From positions 946 to 64,945 of the forward strand of contig CALVMX010000002.1 in NCBI GenBank assembly GCA_944349415.1: a stretch of DNA of 64,000 nt, in the 5' to 3' direction. The position numbers were made by a program, and so were the translations under genes. Of the stretch, positions 1-9,350 are shown piece by piece (position 1 is the stretch's first letter; each line of letters begins with the position of its first letter). The notes below the pieces were generated by a model. It had not been told where the DNA came from, searched no databases, and worked only from the letters and a program-made list of their open reading frames with translations. Origin of the DNA: an uncultured Clostridia bacterium. GTDB lineage: Bacteria; Bacillota; Clostridia; Christensenellales; UBA1242.

Positions 1-1320
1 TATGACATAACAGCACAAGTTGTTGGCTTTGACGGAACTTTTGAAGTTGGAACCGTGGAAGTTAAAGTGGCAACTCCAAGCGACATTACAACATATAGTG
101 CAACCAACTTACCTTCAAGTTATTTGAACACCACCACAACAAACATTGCCGAAGATTTGCTTGCTCAAAACATTGCTTTACAAGTTACATACGGTGATGG
201 TCAAGATATTACTTTAACAAATTATGAAGTAGATATTGACGCTGAGGACGCGCAAGAAGATACACAATTTATCATCTTGACAAACGGTCTCACAACTCAA
301 ACTTCTGGAAATTTAGAAATTAAATCATATAGAATCGATGCTCAAGTTGTCGGCGTGACAGGAATTTTGGAAAATATCGGAAGCATTGAGGTTACTCTTG
401 CTCCAAGAACCAGCATCACAAATGTTTCTGCTGAAAATTTAGATTTGAGTTATCTTAACACAGACAACAAAAACTTGACAGACATTGCACTTAAAGTTAC
501 TTTTGATAATCATGAAGTTGTGACTTTAACTAATTATGAATTAGACGTAAATGTCGACGAAGTTCAAGAAGAAACTGAATTTGTTATCTCAACAAGCGGA
601 TTTTCTACTCAAACTGATGGAAATTTAGAAATTAGAGAATATTCTCTATCCGCACAAGTTGTCGGCTTTGAGGGAAGTTATAATATTGGAACAATTGAGG
701 TTACTCTTGCTCCAAGAACAAGCATTTCTTCTTTCAAAGTTAATGGATTAACCTTGGCTTATGAGAATTTAGATACAGTTAATTTGAATGGAATCACTCT
801 TGAAGTTACTTATAATAATCATGAAAGTGAAATTTTAACTTCTTATGTTATTGACGGAACTGCACAAACTGAAACAGAATTTATTCTCAACACTGACGGA
901 CTTTCTTCTGAAGAAGCTGGAAACTTGACCGTTAAAGATTATACAATAACAGCACAAGTGGTAGGCTATGAAGGTTCTTTAAATTTAGGAACAATTACTG
1001 TTACTCGTGCAGAAGCAACTTCTGTCGAAGAAGTAAAAATAAACAACTTGACCACTTCATACTTTGAAACTGACACAGTAAATTTGCAAGGCATCACAGT
1101 TGATGTTACATATGATAATCACTTGACCGAAACATTGACCGTATATGAAATCGATGTGGAAATAGAAAGCGTAAAGCCTGGAACTAAATTTGTCATTTAC
1201 ACAGACGGTTTATCAAGCGAAACTGCTGGAGATTTAACTTTGGGCACCTATGAAATCACTGTAAAAGTGGTTGGTTACGATGAAACTTTCAGCGTAGGAA
1301 CGGTTGAAGTTGAAAGCGAC
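1..1320 (+). repeat. In-frame tandem repeats of 300-327 nt (100-109 aa). At least 4.4 copies, continuing upstream of the window.
   Basis: Repeat-initial Tyr codons at nt 1, 328, 640, 940 and 1249. Each unit reads Y.I.AQVVG..G....G.(I/V)EV....(T/S)S(I/V)....NL...Y...D..NL.GI.L.VTY.NH....LT.YE.D, a pattern like bacterial Ig-like domains. Confidence 0.75.
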
Positions 1321-3261
1321 TGGAATCGTTACGATCTTACATTATTTGCTGACCCTCAATTTGTGACAGACTACAAGACTAGCATATCTGCACAAGGAAC
1401 TGAAGATTCTTTCTATTCAACATCTGAAAAATATACAGTTGGCGACGACAATGCCTTCGTATTCAAACCAGAAATTGAGTTATTCTTAAAAGATGCTATT
1501 GATGAAAGTGGTATTTATGTGCCAGAAACTTACAACACAACTGTAAAAGTTTATCTTCTAGCAGATGGTTCACAAACTTTACTTAATGATGACACTTATT
1601 ATACATACTCTGATTTTGAATTTGATTTCACAGAAGCCGCAATAGGTCACGAATTCAAAATTGAAGTTTTGCCTTCAGATTTTGACACAATGGATACTGG
1701 CGGTGTTGTAACTCCTGTAACTTTCGAATTTAAAGTGGAAGACGGCTGGAATGTGTATACAGCTTTGGATCTCGGAGTTATAAATATTGTTGAAGATACA
1801 TCCGCTTTAGATGGTTATGCTCGCGAAAAGTCTCAAAGAATTTTCTATAATCAAGGGACAGGCCTGTATGATAGAAAATATTATTCTGATATCTGGACAG
1901 AATTTTTAACAGAGAAAGGGTATACCAATTTAACGAAAGTAAACGCTATTTTCTTACATGGAAACATTGATGTTTCTCCTGAAGATTTGCCAGAGGAATA
2001 TTTTGTAAGTCAAGCAGAGGCTAATAAAGCTCTTGTGGGAGATTATCCAGTTGGCAGTTTGAGAGATTTCTCCATTCTTTATAATTATTATTTGACAAAT
2101 GATTTCACATTTAATGGAAACTATTTCACATTAAACTTTGGTGGAAGAGAAGCTACTGAAACAAGCCCAGCGGTTGATCCAATTCCTGTTGGCTTGTCCT
2201 TTTGTTCAGGAGCTGATGATGGTGGAAATCTAACCCTATATTCTGCAAATCAGTCTACTTATCGAGCAGGGCACTCAACTGTTTTTGGGTTTATGGGATT
2301 ATTAGATAATACTACAACCTATCGTGCTACATTTAAGAATGTCAATTTAATGGGAAACACTGGCGGTGTTATTTCTGGTGGTAGTGCATACGATCCAGAT
2401 GATCCAGATAGCATGACAGAAGAAACAAGAAAAGTTATGGAAGCTTCAGGTACACTAATCTTCCTTAAATCAATTCATGCAACCACTGATGTTGATAATG
2501 CTATTGCTAAAAACTTCTTAATTGCTTGGTATGGTGAAAGTAAAATTTCCGATACTCAAACAGGTGTAGGTAATTTCTACCTTAATCAAGTTAAAACTTA
2601 TGACTGCTTTAACAGTGCTATATTTGCTTATGCTTCCGACTGCAACAAAATTTCTAACTCTGAGTTTAAGAGATTTGGTGGGCCTGCTATCTTCTTGATA
2701 AGTGAAACAAATAATGATCAAGAGCAAACAGTTGACAGAGCAGCTGGAGTTGATGTAGATACTAACACAGTAATAGAAAACTATGTTGTGGGTGACGAGG
2801 CTTGGTTTATTATGCAACAAGCAACATTAATCGCTGCAGCATTTCCAGAAATGAATCGAGTTATGGAGGATAAATTTAAGAATTCAATTTTCTTTGACGT
2901 TTCAACTGAAGGTGGAAGTCAAAAAACAGCTATGAATCTTATATCTTTGTCAATGGACTCTGGATACTTATCATCTACTAAATACAAAATTTATTCAGAT
3001 TTTTCTATAGGAGAGAGTAGTTCAACAAATATTCCATTTAGCACATATAATCCTGCATTTGATAATTTTATAAATCAGAGAACAGCAATATATATGTCTA
3101 ACACTGGAAATACTGCAGTTTTAACTTCTACTGAGTATGATAGTATGACAATGGTAAACCCAATGGGAGGAAATCACTTCGAAGGTGACTATTTGTATTT
3201 GATGTTACCATTAGGTACAACCTATGCTGGTGTGGTATTGGAGTTAAAAGATTTAACATAA
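1..3261 (+). CDS. Large surface/secreted protein, 5'-truncated by the window edge. It has tandem Ig-like repeats followed by a non-repetitive C-terminal domain of about 650 aa.
   Basis: Frame 1 is open from base 1 (YDITAQVVGFDG...) and runs into tracked ORF 55..3261. The repeat signature Y-x-I-x-AQVVG...GTIEVTLAPRTSI recurs. Confidence 0.8.
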   Translation, partial: YDITAQVVGFDGTFEVGTVEVKVATPSDITTYSATNLPSSYLNTTTTNIAEDLLAQNIALQVTYGDGQDITLTNYEVDIDAEDAQEDTQFIILTNGLTTQTSGNLEIKSYRIDAQVVGVTGILENIGSIEVTLAPRTSITNVSAENLDLSYLNTDNKNLTDIALKVTFDNHEVVTLTNYELDVNVDEVQEETEFVISTSGFSTQTDGNLEIREYSLSAQVVGFEGSYNIGTIEVTLAPRTSISSFKVNGLTLAYENLDTVNLNGITLEVTYNNHESEILTSYVIDGTAQTETEFILNTDGLSSEEAGNLTVKDYTITAQVVGYEGSLNLGTITVTRAEATSVEEVKINNLTTSYFETDTVNLQGITVDVTYDNHLTETLTVYEIDVEIESVKPGTKFVIYTDGLSSETAGDLTLGTYEITVKVVGYDETFSVGTVEVESDWNRYDLTLFADPQFVTDYKTSISAQGTEDSFYSTSEKYTVGDDNAFVFKPEIELFLKDAIDESGIYVPETYNTTVKVYLLADGSQTLLNDDTYYTYSDFEFDFTEAAIGHEFKIEVLPSDFDTMDTGGVVTPVTFEFKVEDGWNVYTALDLGVINIVEDTSALDGYAREKSQRIFYNQGTGLYDRKYYSDIWTEFLTEKGYTNLTKVNAIFLHGNIDVSPEDLPEEYFVSQAEANKALVGDYPVGSLRDFSILYNYYLTNDFTFNGNYFTLNFGGREATETSPAVDPIPVGLSFCSGADDGGNLTLYSANQSTYRAGHSTVFGFMGLLDNTTTYRATFKNVNLMGNTGGVISGGSAYDPDDPDSMTEETRKVMEASGTLIFLKSIHATTDVDNAIAKNFLIAWYGESKISDTQTGVGNFYLNQVKTYDCFNSAIFAYASDCNKISNSEFKRFGGPAIFLISETNNDQEQTVDRAAGVDVDTNTVIENYVVGDEAWFIMQQATLIAAAFPEMNRVMEDKFKNSIFFDVSTEGGSQKTAMNLISLSMDSGYLSSTKYKIYSDFSIGESSSTNIPFSTYNPAFDNFINQRTAIYMSNTGNTAVLTSTEYDSMTMVNPMGGNHFEGDYLYLMLPLGTTYAGVVLELKDLT

Positions 3262-3276
3262 TCTTATAAAAGCTTA

Positions 3277-3302
3277 AAAGACTGATTTTTGTCAGTCTTT
3301 TT
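3277..3302 (+). terminator. Rho-independent terminator after the surface-protein gene
   Basis: AAAGACTGA (3277-3285), loop TTTTTG, TCAGTCTTT (3292-3300), followed by T residues. Confidence 0.7.
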
Positions 3303-3698
3303 CTATATATTAAATTTTGTAATAAAAAAGAGCACAAGAGTATGTGCTCTAGAGTGTTTTAAAGTGTACAAAAGGACATGTAATCGTTATGTATTTTTGC
3401 TTTTGGAGTGTTAAAGCAGAAAATACGAATAATGAAATTGGAACGAAAACACTCTTAAACATTCCATTCATTATATCAGTTTAAAAGAGTCATAACTTTT
3501 AAACTGACAATTTAATTATAGCATAAATTTTACAAAAAACCAAATAATTTTACAATATTTTTCAAAATATTTTTAAACTTTTCAATTTGAAAAAACTTTG
3601 CCATTTGCAAGCAAAGCTTTTTACACATTTTCAAACCGATTTTGTATCAAAGATTCACTATTCAAATTTGCCTATACGGCAAATAAGTTGTTATTAAA

Positions 3699-3883
3699 TA
3701 AAAAATACATCTAAAATAAAAAAATGCATCTAGAATAAAAAATACATCTAGAATAAAAAAATGCATCTAGAATAAAAAATACATCTAGAATAAAAAATAC
3801 ATCTAGAATAAAAAATACATCTAGAATAAAAAAATGCATCTAGAATAAAAAATACATCTAGAATAAAAAAATGCATCTAATAA
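3699..3883. repeat. Tandem array of about 10 copies of an 18/19-bp unit in two variants (AAAAAATACATCTAGAAT and AAAAAAATGCATCTAGAAT)
   Basis: Read directly. The variants occur in mixed order and the first and last units are degenerate. No spacers, so not CRISPR. The unit contains ACATCTAGA, identical to 3931-3939 in the adjacent tRNA remnant. Confidence 0.9.
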
Positions 3884-3904
3884 TATGTTTAATTAAAATT
3901 ATTT

Positions 3905-3948
3905 TGGTGTTCCCGCCCGGAATCGAACCCACATCTAGAGCTTAGGAG
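3905..3948 (-). pseudogene. tRNA 3'-half remnant (anticodon loop CTCCTAA, variable region, T arm, acceptor 3' strand, CCA). Proposed left junction of the island.
   Basis: The minus strand reads CTCCTAAGCTCTAGATGTGGGTTCGATTCCGGGCGGGAACACCA. It has a GTTCGATTC T-loop and ends in CCA. The acceptor 3' strand CGGGAAC pairs with GTTTCCG at 17062-17068. The T stem and anticodon stem are imperfect. Confidence 0.6.
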
Positions 3949-4132
3949 CAATAGAAAATCATTAAAATAACCTTTCTATCACTCATTTTATCAATTATCA
4001 TCAAAATTATAATCAATTTGACAGAAAATCTCAATCAAATTGACTATCTTTTCCAACTTTTAATCAAACCAACTCAAAATCACGGTGACGATTTGGTGCA
4101 CTTTTGCATAATTTCTCCATTTGGGTGCAGTT

Positions 4133-6370
4133 CTACTTTATAAGCCAATTATAAATGTTGTTTAAATATTTGAAATCTTCTTCAGAAACACTTCTATTAT
4201 GATCGATATTGTTTCTTATTCTATTAAGATTAACTAACCATTCTGTTTTATCTTTTTTTGAACGTCCTTTTGAATTTTGAACCGTGTATAATTTTTCAAA
4301 TATGTTTTGCCAATTATTTATAATAACATCTCTGTAATCAATAAGATGCATGCAATCCCATTCATCTATATCTATATCAGGGTCCTCACACTCTTTTTCA
4401 GTTTTTAAAATTCTTAATTTTTTTAATAATTCTTGGGGTATACCAACCTTTTTCCATTTAGTTGCTCCAAAATTAATAATTAATTCATTTTTTATATCAA
4501 TACTTAAGCGAGATTCGATATCACTTATTAAAGAAAATGCTTGAGTATTAAATTGTTTTGTATTATTTTTTTGCCACTCGTCATATCCATCAAAAATAAT
4601 ATTTGGGAATTTACTTAAAATAAAACCTTGTAATGTTCTCCAATACTTAATTCGGCCTCCGCCACCATAAGAAGTTTTTAAATCTTTCTTCTGCTCATCA
4701 TTCAAATCATTTACACCTTGAATTATTGCATCCAGATAAGGTTTAAAATCTTCAAAATGCTCATTAATTTTGTCTTGACTATATAGGTTAGTTGTTAATA
4801 AGACATTAGATATGTCAGAAATTATTCTTATAATTCCGTAAATTGAAATATTGTATACCCATTTGTTTTCATCTTCTGATTTATTCCAATTTTCAATGTC
4901 ACTTTGTTTAATATATTTAAAAGAACTAACTAATAAAGTAAATATATTGTCAAAGTTTTTATCATTATTATTTAAGTCACAAATACCAGAGCGCTCAATT
5001 TCTGTTCCTTTATATTTATTAAACAGACCAGATTTATCCAAAGCATCCCTAATTGTATCTAATGTAATACAACATTTATCTGTTTTATTATTTTCACCAA
5101 TAATAACTCTATCAAATAGAGGAGAGTCTGTATTTTCTCCCAACTCTTGGGCAATTCTTGAGAAAAGTGCTGTGTTTCTTTCGGTTGGATTTTCAGAATC
5201 CCATAACAAATCTGCATTTAATGTTGTTCTAAGGTTTTTTGATACCGATTTTTGATTTTCATTAATTTCCATAAACAATTTGATTTGATCGTTTTTTGCT
5301 AAATCTAAAAATGCAACAACAGGAATGGTGTTTGTTTCTTTATATTGAGTGTTTGCATAACCATAAAGACGATGTTGTCCATCAATAATATAAACAGACT
5401 TATATCTTTGAGGGAGTTTTAACAAACCTATTTTTGAGATCGAAGCTTCGTCTTGTAAACTAGATAACGAGAATGTTAACCCTTTTTTATTTGTATCAAT
5501 ACTTATAATAACAGAGTTTGGAAAGAATCCTCCATTATTAATAAAAGTTTCTATTTGTTTTAATCTTGATTTTTTAATAAGTCTTTGATATGTAGGCATA
5601 TCATTTCTGTTTGCATCCGTCCTATGAAGTATGTATCCTATTTTTAATAGCTTTTCTGGTTCTATAGAAAAAGAATAATATGTCAGTCCTCCCATTTTGC
5701 CTTGTATGGCAGGTATTACTTCATCCAAGTTTGCAATCTTTTGTCCTGAAAACAGATTACCTAATAATTGATACTTTGATGCATTTCCGAGATGCTTGTT
5801 TAAATTAATATAATATTCTAATCTATCATCATCGATATAGAAATATTTCTGTCCCTCAATAAGCGCAACGTCACTTTTTGAAATGGCATAGTTTTTTGTG
5901 CAAAGGATAACCTTAAATTTTTTGTCGCCAGTAAATATTTTTTTAAGTTCTTTTAATAATTCACCATAATTTGTTTTAATATTTCCTAAAACGTTTTCAA
6001 AAGAACTTAATTCTTTTTTGGCATCAGAATATAAGTAATAGCAAATTAAAACACATTCATTATTTTCAGCAATAAAACCAAAATCTGATATATCTTTTGT
6101 TTCATCGTTAAAAGAGTGTGGTAAATTTGGAATAACATTGAAACCCATTTCACAAAACAATTGAATAAACGAATAATAACCGAGTTCTATTTCTGGTTTT
6201 AGTTTTTTCACGATTGCTTTTGATTTTTGTTTCGAAGATACAATAAATCCTTGTGATTCGAAATTAGAAATTTCTTCTTTTAGAATTGTTTTGCGAACAA
6301 ACTTTTGTTTTACAATTGTCAATAATTTCTTCTGATCTGTATTTAAGTCTAGGGCTTGTTTAATTATCAC
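4133..6370 (-). CDS. DGQHR-domain (DndB-like, ParB/Srx fold) protein with a C-terminal HEPN (Rx4H) domain and an unassigned N-terminal domain of about 200 aa
   Basis: GTG start 8 nt after AAGGAG. Motifs FPNSVIISI, IIDGQHRLYG and QIKLFMEINENQKSV are present. The C-terminal RNNIDH is encoded at nt 4199-4216. There is an 11-nt overlap with the upstream methylase ORF. Confidence 0.75.
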   Translation of the reverse strand: MIIKQALDLNTDQKKLLTIVKQKFVRKTILKEEISNFESQGFIVSSKQKSKAIVKKLKPEIELGYYSFIQLFCEMGFNVIPNLPHSFNDETKDISDFGFIAENNECVLICYYLYSDAKKELSSFENVLGNIKTNYGELLKELKKIFTGDKKFKVILCTKNYAISKSDVALIEGQKYFYIDDDRLEYYINLNKHLGNASKYQLLGNLFSGQKIANLDEVIPAIQGKMGGLTYYSFSIEPEKLLKIGYILHRTDANRNDMPTYQRLIKKSRLKQIETFINNGGFFPNSVIISIDTNKKGLTFSLSSLQDEASISKIGLLKLPQRYKSVYIIDGQHRLYGYANTQYKETNTIPVVAFLDLAKNDQIKLFMEINENQKSVSKNLRTTLNADLLWDSENPTERNTALFSRIAQELGENTDSPLFDRVIIGENNKTDKCCITLDTIRDALDKSGLFNKYKGTEIERSGICDLNNNDKNFDNIFTLLVSSFKYIKQSDIENWNKSEDENKWVYNISIYGIIRIISDISNVLLTTNLYSQDKINEHFEDFKPYLDAIIQGVNDLNDEQKKDLKTSYGGGGRIKYWRTLQGFILSKFPNIIFDGYDEWQKNNTKQFNTQAFSLISDIESRLSIDIKNELIINFGATKWKKVGIPQELLKKLRILKTEKECEDPDIDIDEWDCMHLIDYRDVIINNWQNIFEKLYTVQNSKGRSKKDKTEWLVNLNRIRNNIDHNRSVSEEDFKYLNNIYNWLIK

Positions 6371-7184
6371 TAGAATTTCTCCTTTTAATATTTGTAAATA
6401 AATATTCTTCTATTTGTCCTCGCTTTGCATTTCTTCCACCTATAGTGCTAGAGCGATTAAGAACATATTTGTAATCACCTTTCTCAAAAATTTCATCAAT
6501 TTTTTTGTGGGCAGCATTTGTTAATATATAATAAGCTTTTTTTTCTTTTATCTTATCTATAAAATCACTCAATCTTATTTGATCTTCTAATGAAAATAAG
6601 TTTTTATTATATTCTATAAACCCATTATTATTGTGAGAAACAGTATAAGGTGGGTCTAAAAATATTAGGTCTCCTTCTTGGATTTGATCTATAAAGCATG
6701 TAAAGTCACCTGAAGATAGAACTGAGTTTTGTAACGTTTCAGAACATATATTAAGTGATTGCTCATCGATTGTGTAGTTCTTTTTATACCCAAAAGGAAC
6801 GTTATATTCGCCTTTACTATTAACCCTATAAATGCCATTATAGGAGGTGTGATTTAGATAAATGAATTGAGCAGCTTGCTTACTTAAACTTCTAAATCGT
6901 TTTTTTCTGATATCATAATAAAAATCTTTTTCATTTGGAAATTGTCTTAAATATTTAATAACAGAGCCCTTATTTTCTTTAACTTGTTTATAGGTTAAGA
7001 TTAACTCATTATTCATATCATTAAGATAACATTTATTAAAAGAAGCTTCAATATTAAAAAATATTGCAGCACTACCAAGAAAAGGCTCATAATAATTATT
7101 AAATTCGTAGCCTCTTATCAAATCATTTACTTCGTTAATTAACCAGCGTTTACCACCAGCCCATCTTAAAAAGGGTGTAATCAT
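6360..7184 (-). CDS. Dam-like (D12 class) N6-adenine DNA methyltransferase
   Basis: Motifs RWAGGKRWL, EPFLGSAAIF (AdoMet-binding region) and FLDPPY (catalytic DPPY) are present. The TAA stop lies inside the start region of the downstream DGQHR ORF. Confidence 0.8.
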   Translation of the reverse strand: MITPFLRWAGGKRWLINEVNDLIRGYEFNNYYEPFLGSAAIFFNIEASFNKCYLNDMNNELILTYKQVKENKGSVIKYLRQFPNEKDFYYDIRKKRFRSLSKQAAQFIYLNHTSYNGIYRVNSKGEYNVPFGYKKNYTIDEQSLNICSETLQNSVLSSGDFTCFIDQIQEGDLIFLDPPYTVSHNNNGFIEYNKNLFSLEDQIRLSDFIDKIKEKKAYYILTNAAHKKIDEIFEKGDYKYVLNRSSTIGGRNAKRGQIEEYLFTNIKRRNSSDN

Positions 7185-7272
7185 AAAATTCTCCTAAAAA
7201 AATTATAGCACAAAAATACAATTTTTGCACTATAATCGCAAATTATTATAAAATTTTTATAAATTCAACACT

Positions 7273-7509
7273 TTATTTGAGTAATTCCTTACAAACTTTG
7301 TAGGTAATCTCAATTACATGATCAATTTCAAGGTTGTGAAGTTGACCTTTTTCTATGTCTAAATTAAAGTATTCCTTCCATTTTTCTTTTGAAAAGCCTT
7401 TAACAAAAGTGTCTTCTAGTTCACAAATTTTGTTTAATTGTAATTGCATTTCAGCAGACATCTTCTCACTTTCTAGAATATCTCTGACTAGCTGTAAAAC
7501 GTGGTTCAA
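7273..7509 (-). CDS. Small hypothetical protein (78 aa), paralogue of the 7836..8069 product
   Basis: TTG start 6 nt after GGAGGTG. The C-terminus LHNLEIDHVIEITYKVCKELLK aligns with LHKLDIEEHIVHTYKICKDMFK of the other small ORF. Confidence 0.5.
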   Translation of the reverse strand: MNHVLQLVRDILESEKMSAEMQLQLNKICELEDTFVKGFSKEKWKEYFNLDIEKGQLHNLEIDHVIEITYKVCKELLK

Positions 7510-7831
7510 CTTTCACACCTCCATTAGATTTTATAGAACAATACTTGGGATAATTTTCTCCATCGCTATATACCAATACCATTACATCACATTGAATACA
7601 GCAATACATAAGAACATGAAAAATACCATTTTCATCGATAAACATATCTTCTTGATACTTGGCAATATTGGGTTCATCTTCTAACAATCTTTCACGAAAA
7701 GGTATAAACTCTCGTCTTGAAAGATAAACAACCCGCTCAACCACATATTCAGCTTCAAAGCCCTCATACTTATCAATTCTATTTCTAAGCAACCTAGCAT
7801 TAGAAACATTACATATAAATCGTGTCTTCAT
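7466..7831 (-). CDS. Hypothetical protein (121 aa), Cys-containing, with the look of a mobile-element protein
   Basis: ORF located between the two paralogous small ORFs. Its 3' end overlaps the next ORF by 44 nt. No family could be assigned by eye. Confidence 0.5.
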   Translation of the reverse strand: MKTRFICNVSNARLLRNRIDKYEGFEAEYVVERVVYLSRREFIPFRERLLEDEPNIAKYQEDMFIDENGIFHVLMYCCIQCDVMVLVYSDGENYPKYCSIKSNGGVKVEPRFTASQRYSRK

Positions 7832-7835
7832 ATCA

Positions 7836-8069
7836 TTACCTCAACTTAAACATATCTTTGCAGATTTTGTAGGTGTGTACAATATGTTCTTCAATATCAA
7901 GTTTGTGAAGTTTGTTGATATGGTTAATCAAATTTTCAAATATAGCCTTTTGGCTTGGTATAAAAGTTGAAATCAAATCTTCTTTTATGTGTTGAATATC
8001 AACTGAGTTCTCAAAGTATTCATGTGAATTCATAAAACTTAAATCCACAAGTTCAACATTTTTTTTCAT
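7836..8069 (-). CDS. Small hypothetical protein (77 aa), paralogue of the 7273..7509 product
   Basis: An ATG at 8069 preceded by AAGGAGGTG is preferred over the tracked GTG at 8075. Confidence 0.5.
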   Translation of the reverse strand: MKKNVELVDLSFMNSHEYFENSVDIQHIKEDLISTFIPSQKAIFENLINHINKLHKLDIEEHIVHTYKICKDMFKLR

Positions 8070-8145
8070 AAACACCTCCTTATAGGTGTTTGTCTTTTAC
8101 CGTACTTTCAATTATTTTGCAAGTCTTTAGAAAAAAATTATAAAA

Positions 8146-8165
8146 TTTATAGGAATTCCTATAAA
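8146..8165. promoter_or_regulatory. Perfect 20-bp palindrome TTTATAGGAATTCCTATAAA in the divergent promoter region. Candidate operator for the HTH domain of the m5C MTase.
   Basis: Read directly. It lies about 28 bp upstream of an extended -10 element (TGT TATAAT, 8190-8198) that precedes the MTase gene. Confidence 0.5.
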
Positions 8166-8222
8166 AATGATACAACTTATCATAAAGTGTGTTATAATGT
8201 ATCTGAGGAGAAAAAAAACAAT

Positions 8223-9350
8223 ATGGACTTAGCAGCTCTATTACAAAAAACAATTATTGATTACAATCTAAACCAAACTATGTTTGCAAAAAGCATCAAT
8301 TCTACCCAAGCACAAGTTAGCGACTGGTTGGCAAATAAAAGTAAACCAAGCTATGAGAATTTAAGAAATATTGCAAAAGTTTATAATATTGATGCAAATC
8401 TTTTATTGGATGTTGATCGTCAAGATTATAAATTTATAGATTTATTTGCTGGTATTGGCGGTATTAGACGACCTTTTGACAACTTAGGATGTAAATGTGT
8501 ATTCTCATCGGAAATTGATAAGCATGCAATAAGCACTTATTATGCAAACTTTAATGAAACCCCAAGTGGCGATATTACTCAAATAAGTGAAAAAGATATT
8601 CCAAACTTTGATATTTTATTGGCAGGATTCCCATGCCAAGCGTTTTCTATAGCTGGAAAAAGACAAGGGTTTCAAGATACTAGAGGCACAATGTTCTTTG
8701 AAATACAGAGGATTTTAGAGTATCATAAGCCTAGATGTTTTATGCTAGAAAATGTTAAAGGCTTAATGAATCATGATAAAGGAAAGACATTTAAAACTAT
8801 TCTAGATATATTAGAAAATGAGTTAAATTATAAAGTTTATTATAAAGTGTTAAATGCAAAGAATTTTGGCATGCCTCAAAATAGAGAAAGAATTATAATT
8901 GTAGGATTTCTTGATCATTCTATTGAATTCAAATTCCCTGAGCCTACTGGTATTAAAACACGCCTAGGCGATATATTAGAAAGCAATGTTGATGATAAAT
9001 ATACTATTTCTGATAAAATCTGGGCTAGTCATCAAAGAAGAAAAGAGGAAAATAAAAAGAAAGGAAATGGATTTGGTTATTCATTATTTGATGAAAATTC
9101 GGAATATACAAGTACAATATCTGCCAGATATTATAAAGATGGTTCAGAAATTTTAGTTAAACAAGAAAATAAAAATCCAAGAAAATTAACACCACGAGAG
9201 GCTGCTAGATTACAAGGATTTCCAGATGACTTTAAGTTGGTATGTAGCGATATGCAATGCTACAAGCAATTTGGTAATTCTGTTCCTACAAAAATGATAG
9301 AAGCTGTTGCAATAAATATAGTAAAATCACTAAAAGGAGAAAATTATTAA
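8223..9350 (+). CDS. DNA (cytosine-5) methyltransferase with an N-terminal XRE-type HTH domain
   Basis: Motifs DLFAGIGG (I), GFPCQAFS (IV), ENVKGL (VI), QNRERIIIVG (VIII) and GNSVP (X). The N-terminus reads LNQTMFAKSINSTQAQVSDWLANKSKPSYENLRNIAKVYNI, an HTH. The start was moved to the ATG at 8223, which follows GAGGAG. Confidence 0.9.
   Translation: MDLAALLQKTIIDYNLNQTMFAKSINSTQAQVSDWLANKSKPSYENLRNIAKVYNIDANLLLDVDRQDYKFIDLFAGIGGIRRPFDNLGCKCVFSSEIDKHAISTYYANFNETPSGDITQISEKDIPNFDILLAGFPCQAFSIAGKRQGFQDTRGTMFFEIQRILEYHKPRCFMLENVKGLMNHDKGKTFKTILDILENELNYKVYYKVLNAKNFGMPQNRERIIIVGFLDHSIEFKFPEPTGIKTRLGDILESNVDDKYTISDKIWASHQRRKEENKKKGNGFGYSLFDENSEYTSTISARYYKDGSEILVKQENKNPRKLTPREAARLQGFPDDFKLVCSDMQCYKQFGNSVPTKMIEAVAINIVKSLKGENY

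Noticed and set aside
3699-3883. Possible CRISPR array.
   Set aside because: The units are directly abutting 18/19-bp tandem repeats with no unique spacers. There are no cas genes in the window.
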